Virus record (IMG/VR): IMGVR_UViG_3300006923_000016
Span: 58,018 to 78,017 of that record
Length of the DNA: 20,000 bases
Source: an uncultured virus (IMG/VR IMGVR_UViG_3300006923_000016)
Taxonomy: Duplodnaviria; Heunggongvirae; Uroviricota; Caudoviricetes
Reading direction: 5' to 3' (one strand)
A program made the position numbers and the translations under genes. Positions 1 through 6,713 of this stretch are shown piece after piece. Below the pieces are notes generated by a model that searched no databases, was not told the DNA's origin, and worked only from the letters and a program-made list of their open reading frames with translations. How positions within the stretch are numbered: position 1 is the stretch's first letter; every line of letters begins with the position of its first letter.

Positions 1-60
1 CTTGCAAGCCATATCGGCAAACTCAACCAGCAGAGCAATTTCTTCAGGAGTGAGTTCCAA
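1..60 (-). CDS. Possible 5' end of the next gene in the operon (partial, runs off the window); function unknown
   Basis: A TTG at 60, 8 nt after the TAG of the GT2 gene, opens MELTPEEIALLVEFADMACK with no stop before the window edge. No convincing RBS. Confidence 0.35.
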   Translation of the reverse strand, partial: MELTPEEIALLVEFADMACK

Positions 61-68
61 AACTAATA

Positions 69-815
69 CTACTTCTTATAGTCCCCAGTTCTTCCGGGGA
101 GATTTCCGTAAAGGCCGAACTCATATCTAAAGTCCTCCGGCCAATACTCTCGATCAAGCATCCATGTTTGTGCATCGGTTGAATGTTTAAAGTTTCGAGG
201 GATAGGTGCTAATTCCATACCAGGACCTGGTCTACATTTCTTGGGACCAAAGCCATGATGGTAATGAACTAAATAATCATCAACAACATGGGCAGGAATG
301 GTTTCCCCATCTCCCATATCTGATGTTGGTAGGCAATGCCTATTAATTCCATCTGGAAATCTTACACCATTGTAGGCAGTCCTATCAAATAATCTAAGCT
401 GTGAATCTGGAAACCAAGTAGGAGCATAAGCCTTTCTTGAAAACAATGAATATCTAGGAAAACGATAAGCTGAAGATAACCCACTTAGGGCTAGGGTGGA
501 AAGGTTTGCGCTATCACTAAGGCATTCGTCAGCACCTAGGAGAAAAACCCAATCAGTGGAAGACATATCTATAAGAAGATTTAATCGACCTGACTGATCC
601 CAACTGTCATCATACATCCGGCGTACCTTTTGCGGCTTACTTATGTAGGTTACCCGAGAATCTTTCTCTGCAACTTCAGCTAGATATTTTTCTGTTCCAT
701 CTGTACTACCGCCATCCAAAACTATTACATGGTGACAATGCCTTGTAGCATTATGTAATGATGCCCTAATATAAAACATCTCATTCAACGTCAAAACTAG
801 ACCTGTAATTTTCAT
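69..815 (-). CDS. Glycosyltransferase family 2 (GT-A fold; WaaE/LgtF-like beta-glycosyltransferase type), ~248 aa
   Basis: Motifs ITGLVLTLNE, VIVLDGGSTDGT, DWVFLLGADE, WFPDSQLRLF and LVHYH. Start moved from 839 to ATG 815, which overlaps the upstream TGA (ATGA) and has GAGG upstream. Confidence 0.85.
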   Translation of the reverse strand: MKITGLVLTLNEMFYIRASLHNATRHCHHVIVLDGGSTDGTEKYLAEVAEKDSRVTYISKPQKVRRMYDDSWDQSGRLNLLIDMSSTDWVFLLGADECLSDSANLSTLALSGLSSAYRFPRYSLFSRKAYAPTWFPDSQLRLFDRTAYNGVRFPDGINRHCLPTSDMGDGETIPAHVVDDYLVHYHHGFGPKKCRPGPGMELAPIPRNFKHSTDAQTWMLDREYWPEDFRYEFGLYGNLPGRTGDYKK

Positions 816-1651
816 ACTTGAGCCTCTAATATAGCCCACTCTTTGGGATGAGGGTTAATAGGAAACCACAAATCTTGAAAATGATTAGGGTGTCGTCCGT
901 TGTATCTTTTAAGATTAGGTAAGCTTTTCTTCATCTCGTAGTCGAACTCATTAAACTTTTCAGGAAGCTCTACTTCAAATTCTTTATCGTTCGTATACCA
1001 AGCCTTTCCTAGGATGCGTCTCATTCCCATAGCGCGAGCTGACCGTACCCATCCATAGTGCCAAAGTGGAATAGATAGGCTAAGCATTTCTTTACCCCCA
1101 TAGTTATGAAGAGTAATCTCTTTTCCGTTAACCCTTCCAACTACATCACAAACAGGTCTACGGTTATCGTCTGTGCGGAAGTTCTTAACAGCAAAACCAC
1201 TAGAACGATGACCTATTCGACAGTGACGCTTATAGAATGCAGGCCCCTGTGCAATATAGCGAGGCGTCCCATAAAAATGAGTAACCGGAAGGGAGGCAAA
1301 TTGTGTTCCCCCTTTTCCCAACTGGTCTTTAAGGGTAGCCATGTGGTCTTCATGAATACCCTCGTCAGCATCCACAGCAAAAACCCAATCACAGGAACTC
1401 ATCTGGAAGGCTACATCCCAGGCCTTCTCTTGCCAGTGACGATTAAATTCAAATCCATATACCTTATAGCGAATGCGTCCTCGATACTTTGCTGCCAAAT
1501 CTTCAACAATACCAACAGTATTATCTTGTGATAGGCCGACACTAATAGAAACCTCATCACAACCAACCAAGGCTTGCTCAATAGCAGCCTCCAGCCCGTA
1601 GTCCATAATTTCTACGTTCCGGGCTTTCATAATAGCTGTGATAGAAGTCAT
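812..1651 (-). CDS. Glycosyltransferase family 2 (GT-A fold), 279 aa
   Basis: Motifs ITAIMKARN, SQDNT, CDWVFAVDADE (DxD), THFYG and LWHYGWVR. Confidence 0.85.
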   Translation of the reverse strand: MTSITAIMKARNVEIMDYGLEAAIEQALVGCDEVSISVGLSQDNTVGIVEDLAAKYRGRIRYKVYGFEFNRHWQEKAWDVAFQMSSCDWVFAVDADEGIHEDHMATLKDQLGKGGTQFASLPVTHFYGTPRYIAQGPAFYKRHCRIGHRSSGFAVKNFRTDDNRRPVCDVVGRVNGKEITLHNYGGKEMLSLSIPLWHYGWVRSARAMGMRRILGKAWYTNDKEFEVELPEKFNEFDYEMKKSLPNLKRYNGRHPNHFQDLWFPINPHPKEWAILEAQV

Positions 1652-1653
1652 AA

Positions 1654-2577
1654 TTAGATAGCACTCACTACAGCATATCCATGCTCAAAACTAATTCGGT
1701 TTACTTCCTCAGGATTAATCCCTGCAACTAGACTTAACCAAAAATCTAATTCGGCCCTGAGTGGCTCGGAGTGATCTTTTACTTCAAGAACCTTAAGAAT
1801 ACCAGGCTTATTTTCACCAATAATTCGTTGATCCCAGAAGGCTAACTCCTTAGGCTTAGACATGTCATACTCTATGATACCATCAGTTCCTAGAATACTT
1901 ATTTTTCTTACCTTTTCAGTATGAGCCCAACTGTAGTTAACAAGGGCATCAACCCCTGACGCCAGCCTATACAGAGAAGAGCCGGCCACCGAGATAGACT
2001 CATTGTCTAGCGATGTTCTTGACAAAAGAACAGGGTTATCTCCTGTAAGGTACTGGATAATACTAAGGTCATGAGGCAAGAGGTCTAGCTCTACACCACA
2101 CTCTTGAAACTTACCCCAGTTAAGACGACTAATATTAATAGCCTTAACCTTTCCTACCTTTCCACTATCTATAAGCCTTTTAAGCTCAAGGATCTCAGGA
2201 CTGAAAACGAAAATATGACCAACACAACAAGTAAGGTGACTAAAGGTTCGACTTAAAGAAAGCAACTGACTAGCATCACTATCAGACGCAGCAAGAGGCT
2301 TCTCTACAAAAATATGTTTACCCGCCATTAAGCAAAGCCTAGCGATAGCTAGGTGTGTGGACGGAGGGGTAACAATAGCTACAGCATTAACCGTATTGTC
2401 ACTAAGGATTGTTTCAATAGAAGCAACCTCCACCCCTGGATATTTGTCAGCCTGAGCTTGGGCTAGATCTGGGTCCAGATCGCATACATACTTAAGGTCA
2501 GATATAGTGTTAAGGTTTCGAGTAATGTTGGGGCCCCAATAGCCACAACCAATAACAGCAGTCCCTAGGTTTTTCAT
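1654..2577 (-). CDS. Gfo/Idh/MocA family NAD-dependent oxidoreductase (WbpB/WlbA/GnnA-like sugar-nucleotide 3-dehydrogenase), 307 aa
   Basis: Motifs AVIGCGYWGPNITRN (Rossmann), IVTPPSTH, GKHIFVEKP, VGHIFVFSP and DLLPHDLS. Substrate assignment is inferred from context. Confidence 0.88.
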   Translation of the reverse strand: MKNLGTAVIGCGYWGPNITRNLNTISDLKYVCDLDPDLAQAQADKYPGVEVASIETILSDNTVNAVAIVTPPSTHLAIARLCLMAGKHIFVEKPLAASDSDASQLLSLSRTFSHLTCCVGHIFVFSPEILELKRLIDSGKVGKVKAINISRLNWGKFQECGVELDLLPHDLSIIQYLTGDNPVLLSRTSLDNESISVAGSSLYRLASGVDALVNYSWAHTEKVRKISILGTDGIIEYDMSKPKELAFWDQRIIGENKPGILKVLEVKDHSEPLRAELDFWLSLVAGINPEEVNRISFEHGYAVVSAI

Positions 2578-3512
2578 AGACTGGTAGCTCCTTTAATTCT
2601 GTATTTACGCAAAAAGATCTTCATCATAGCTGAGATGACATGAGGCTTTACGTGACGATTATCATCTGTAAAGGGATCTTTGATTGCTTGGGTAATAATG
2701 TCATACGATTCAAAATATGTTGTGTTGTTATAGCTTTGACAAAAATATTCAGCAGCGGTGCGTAACGTACACTTACTGAGCCCATTAGCCACCCAGGTAT
2801 TAACGTTACGGCGGAAAGTTGCATGTAGAGGAACAGGACTTACACTCAAAATAATCTGAGCTGAAGGGTTGTGCTCTTTAAGGAGCTCACGACACCGATT
2901 GAGATCACCCAAAACTTCATCAACCGTTTGAATATGGAACTCATGTATTTTTGGATCATAAAGCCCTATGCTAACTGGAGGCATAAGACTAAAAGTAGAG
3001 TGATCTCTCGAATCCCTCCAAGTTTCCGTTAGTCCTAGGGTAAGAATAACTACCTTAGCTGTTGTAAGGGCCTTTCTAGAGGCACTAACATGTTTTTGGA
3101 AGTCAATCTCTTTAGACTCCCAGTCATAGTATGAGTACTCTCTAAAAGGATCAATAGCCCTTTTATCAGGATGTCTCCACCAACGCTGAACTGGATTAAA
3201 ATTACCCAAAGAGTACTCAAAGATTTGTCTCATTGAAGCACTGTTGTAAACCCTATTCCATCCACAACTAGCATGGAGACAATTGTGAGGTTCAGTTATC
3301 AAATAGTTGTATTTGGCTTTGCGCAAGAAGGTTGCAATATTTCTAGCGAAACAAGACCCCATACTTGTAATTGGGGTTCGCTGATCAATTAGATGGCATC
3401 TTCCATACTTAGCAAACTGATGAATATCTATTTTCCCTGGATTAATAAGATCAGTCAACTGAAAACGACCACCAGAAAAAGGGACAAGCCTATTACTCAG
3501 CTCTGTCGTCAA
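2574..3512 (-). CDS. GSCFA-domain protein (SGNH-like fold, polysaccharide-locus associated), ~312 aa
   Basis: Literal GSCFA motif (ITSMGSCFARNI), plus LTLGLTETW, ILSVSPVPL, SKCTLR, YFESYDII and DNRHV. Likely start is TTG 3512, 6 nt after GAGGAG; the alternative is ATG 3542. Confidence 0.88.
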   Translation of the reverse strand: MTTELSNRLVPFSGGRFQLTDLINPGKIDIHQFAKYGRCHLIDQRTPITSMGSCFARNIATFLRKAKYNYLITEPHNCLHASCGWNRVYNSASMRQIFEYSLGNFNPVQRWWRHPDKRAIDPFREYSYYDWESKEIDFQKHVSASRKALTTAKVVILTLGLTETWRDSRDHSTFSLMPPVSIGLYDPKIHEFHIQTVDEVLGDLNRCRELLKEHNPSAQIILSVSPVPLHATFRRNVNTWVANGLSKCTLRTAAEYFCQSYNNTTYFESYDIITQAIKDPFTDDNRHVKPHVISAMMKIFLRKYRIKGATSL

Positions 3513-4245
3513 CCCACTCTCCTCGCTTAATTGTAGTTTCATTTGATTGTCGAATTAGCTCAGTTAGCATTGTTGCTGTTAGCTGGTCTAGCAGTGGAAG
3601 GTTCTGCATAATGCAGTGTCCGCCAATAACACCAGGGAACTTATTCTGAATATCATAATCGCTAGCTTGAAGCTTCCAAATCTGACTAACAAAGTCATAG
3701 TCCGCCTGTGCCGTGTCGCATAGTTGTTGAGCCATTTGAGTCCAGGCAATGAGGTACCCAACCAAAGTTGTTTGGAGGATCTTAGCTAGCTCTGCGTTCT
3801 CTGGTTTGTTACCCATCCATCGTGGCTTAAACCCAGCAGCACTTAGCTTAGCCATAAGGTCAGGCTTAAAGTGGGTTCCACTAATGAACTTAGGATACTT
3901 GAGCATGTCCGAAGTCATCTGATCATTAGCATGCTTTCCTAGTACTGGGGAATGGTATACGAAAGACTGGGTCTGTTCCTGAATACGACGCGTAGTTCCA
4001 ACGGGAACAGTAGCGTGAATAACTGTATAGAGGGGGGTATAGGTTCGAATATATTCTGAAACAATATTCTCAAATCCCTTTAACTCTCCAGGGATACAGA
4101 TATGCATGCAAAACACATTCTCATCCCTTTTGGGCGGATGAAAGCCCTGAGCTGGGTCGATAGCTTTTACGTCATCACAAGCAGCAGCTAGCAAATGATA
4201 AATAGGATTACCAATCTCGCCTAAACCAATAACAAGATGTTTCAT
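3493..4245 (-). CDS. UDP-glucose/GDP-mannose dehydrogenase family protein lacking the C-terminal domain (WbpA/WecC-like), 250 aa
   Basis: Motifs VIGLGEIG (Rossmann), ICIP, HATVPVGTT (cf. KSTVPVGT), AELAK (catalytic Lys) and PGVIGGHCI (catalytic Cys). Ends about 40 aa after the Cys. Confidence 0.82.
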   Translation of the reverse strand: MKHLVIGLGEIGNPIYHLLAAACDDVKAIDPAQGFHPPKRDENVFCMHICIPGELKGFENIVSEYIRTYTPLYTVIHATVPVGTTRRIQEQTQSFVYHSPVLGKHANDQMTSDMLKYPKFISGTHFKPDLMAKLSAAGFKPRWMGNKPENAELAKILQTTLVGYLIAWTQMAQQLCDTAQADYDFVSQIWKLQASDYDIQNKFPGVIGGHCIMQNLPLLDQLTATMLTELIRQSNETTIKRGEWVDDRAE

Positions 4246-4880
4246 TAATAGCTCCTTCTATTGGGACGCCGACATTTCTCCCACTCTGCTTCTAGTCCAG
4301 AAATGAAACTATCATCTCCACTAGGGAGATTCCACTTCTTAAAGCTATAAGTGTTCTGGCCTAGCGGCTTGCCGGGAATATATTTAGCAAGGGGTGGAAT
4401 GTCTTTAACTATTGTAGAGTTCATAGCAGTCATACTATAAGCGCCCACCGTAGTAAACTGATGAGTTATAACCCCAAGCCCAACATTGGCTGCTCGCATG
4501 ATGCGAGTCCAGCCTCCTAAGCATACGTTCGTACTTAAGATAGCGTATGGCTCTAAGTAACAATCGTGACTAATATGGCAACGAGCCATGACATAGCAAT
4601 CATCCCCAATAAAGGTAAGGTCTTTCATTGGAGAGTTCACAGTCGTAAACTCCCTAATGACAATACGATCCCCAATAACAATCTTACCCGGAGATCTGTA
4701 TACAGGATTAAGCTCATACTTATCACTAGAGTGCTCAGCCCATTGACCTATACTTACGTGTGGACCAATGTGACAATTTTCCCCAATGAACGTATTGCCT
4801 TCAATAACACAATAAGGACCGATATAGGTACTTCTAGGAACACTAATATGAGGAGCAACCAAAGCAGTAGAATGAATCAT
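4245..4880 (-). CDS. LpxA-like left-handed beta-helix (hexapeptide repeat) acyltransferase, 211 aa
   Basis: Motifs MIHSTALV, IGPYCVI, IREFTTVN, IGDDCYVMARCHISHDC (LpxA HxxHDC), HQFTTVG and KDIPP. Confidence 0.8.
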   Translation of the reverse strand: MIHSTALVAPHISVPRSTYIGPYCVIEGNTFIGENCHIGPHVSIGQWAEHSSDKYELNPVYRSPGKIVIGDRIVIREFTTVNSPMKDLTFIGDDCYVMARCHISHDCYLEPYAILSTNVCLGGWTRIMRAANVGLGVITHQFTTVGAYSMTAMNSTIVKDIPPLAKYIPGKPLGQNTYSFKKWNLPSGDDSFISGLEAEWEKCRRPNRRSY

Positions 4881-4889
4881 AGTTTACCT

Positions 4890-6713
4890 TTAGGCTGTCA
4901 AATCTACTTCTTTTGTATCCCACCAGCGAACCATTTCAGTTACTAGGCCAAGCTGTCCTACAAATGAACCAGTCTTCTTTAAGTCTACAGTGAGGCGACC
5001 CTCTACAACTTCACCAACTTTAAGCTCCTTAGGCAATTCGTATAACCCATAGCTTGGATCAGACGCTTCCTTTCCGTTCTTACCAACAGCTCTGCTGAAC
5101 CGAACATGAAGCTTATTGTCGGAAGCGTAAACTTTTCCACTATCGTTTGTAACTTTGAAATAGATATAGCGCTTAGAGCTTCTCTTGGTAATCTTAATGA
5201 TTTCGATTTTCATATAATTCTCTCCTTTAAGGATAGGCTTAGTCTCTTCTAAAATCACCAACCTATCTGGGACAGTGATATTCAGAAGGCTTTTAGCCGC
5301 TTGGTTATAGGTATTATTTTCCCGAATCCATTTCGCAGCAGCAAGCCCTACTTTATGGGCCTTGTCTTGCTCACGGTAAACCTGACGCATCTTCTGGGCC
5401 AGAGCGGGGACATCGATCTCTGCAAATTGTCCGAAAACTTCAGACCCATTATTCTCTGCCTGAAGCCAGCCAGGAATTCTAGCATCCTGAAGACCCTTAG
5501 GATTAACCCAATAGCTTACACCCCTGATACAAATGTCTTCTAAAGCACTCCACTTACATAAAATAACTGGAAGTCCAGTAGACATTGCTTCACGGGGAGG
5601 AAGGCCGAAACCCTCCCCAGAAGAAGCAAAGACCAAACAGTCGACATTCTGCAACAAGCTTAGCATCTTAGGCTGGGATAGCCTCCCATCTATGATCTTT
5701 TCATTAGGCCTTAATCGAGGAACGTTTCCCCCAAAAGAAGTCTTAATGATAAGCTCCACATTTTTGTCTTTAGGAAACGCTGTCCGAAAAGCTTGAAGGG
5801 TAAGATCGGCGTTTTTTCTAGGACAATCCCATCGAGTATTGCTATAGAGTAAAAAGCGAAATGGTCTATCCTTAGTGAGCGATCTCTTAAGTAGTGGCCA
5901 ACGTTCAGGATCAACTCCAAGGGGTGAAACCTTAATAGGTATTCTTACTCCAGAGTCTTCAAAGACAGTCTTATTAAACTCAGCAGGGACAACAACGTAA
6001 TCAAAATGAGAGTTGATTTTCTTAGGCCAATTAGAGGGAAGCTGTGTTGTTTCAAACATTGTCATCAACCCTAGCCTTAACCCTTTGGCTCTAGCAATCC
6101 TGCTCTTGGGTGCTTTATTCCAACCATTGGGAGTGTAATAAAGAAGATACTCTCTTATCGTCATGGACTGCTGCCTCTGAGACTCTTTTACTAAACGTAA
6201 TCCATCTTTACTAGCTAGTCTTATAGAGTCTGGAAAGGACTCGAAGGCATCCCAATGCATTTGTTTATCTAGACGAGCCATAGCAACAGCTAACGCTTCA
6301 GCGGAAGACCCATACCCATCACAAGGATTAAACACAGAGGTAAAGCACAGACTAATTTCCTTTTCTCGGTTCATTGGGGAGTCGGAAACCGCTTCAAGCG
6401 CCGACTCTTTGATTTTGATCTTGAATTTGTCACATAGAAACGCCAACGCCGTCTCATACCATAGTGTTCTATGAGTATCTTTGAACACATTGCTCACCAT
6501 CACTGTTGTTGAGAATCTAGAGGGTACAAACCTATTGGTAGGAATATAGGTAATGCTAAAGTTTTGCCTAATGGACTTCAGCATAAAAGGCTGGACAACA
6601 AAGACCCAAGCCATGCTTCTGTTTCCAAAAGCGACAATACACTCAACAGCTCGAGTTATAGCCTCAATCTGTTGAGCATCACTTCCGACAAAATACAGAG
6701 CAATCTTTTTCAC
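4890..6713 (-). CDS. Glycosyltransferase family 4 (GT-B) with a degenerate GT9-like N-terminal lobe and a C-terminal Ig-like domain, ~607 aa
   Basis: Motifs DGYGSSA, TMFETTQLP, PLGVDP, PRKNAD and SSGEGFGLPPREAMSTGLPVI (EX7E). Start moved to GTG 6713, which overlaps the upstream TAG and has AAAGGA upstream. Confidence 0.88.
   Translation of the reverse strand: MKKIALYFVGSDAQQIEAITRAVECIVAFGNRSMAWVFVVQPFMLKSIRQNFSITYIPTNRFVPSRFSTTVMVSNVFKDTHRTLWYETALAFLCDKFKIKIKESALEAVSDSPMNREKEISLCFTSVFNPCDGYGSSAEALAVAMARLDKQMHWDAFESFPDSIRLASKDGLRLVKESQRQQSMTIREYLLYYTPNGWNKAPKSRIARAKGLRLGLMTMFETTQLPSNWPKKINSHFDYVVVPAEFNKTVFEDSGVRIPIKVSPLGVDPERWPLLKRSLTKDRPFRFLLYSNTRWDCPRKNADLTLQAFRTAFPKDKNVELIIKTSFGGNVPRLRPNEKIIDGRLSQPKMLSLLQNVDCLVFASSGEGFGLPPREAMSTGLPVILCKWSALEDICIRGVSYWVNPKGLQDARIPGWLQAENNGSEVFGQFAEIDVPALAQKMRQVYREQDKAHKVGLAAAKWIRENNTYNQAAKSLLNITVPDRLVILEETKPILKGENYMKIEIIKITKRSSKRYIYFKVTNDSGKVYASDNKLHVRFSRAVGKNGKEASDPSYGLYELPKELKVGEVVEGRLTVDLKKTGSFVGQLGLVTEMVRWWDTKEVDLTA
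5222..5228 (-). promoter_or_regulatory. Internal Shine-Dalgarno (AAAGGAG) 8 nt before an in-frame ATG at 5213 within the GT4 gene
   Basis: The minus strand reads AAAGGAG-AGAATTAT-ATG AAA ATC GAA, at the boundary between the GT4 domain and the last 107 aa. Confidence 0.6.
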
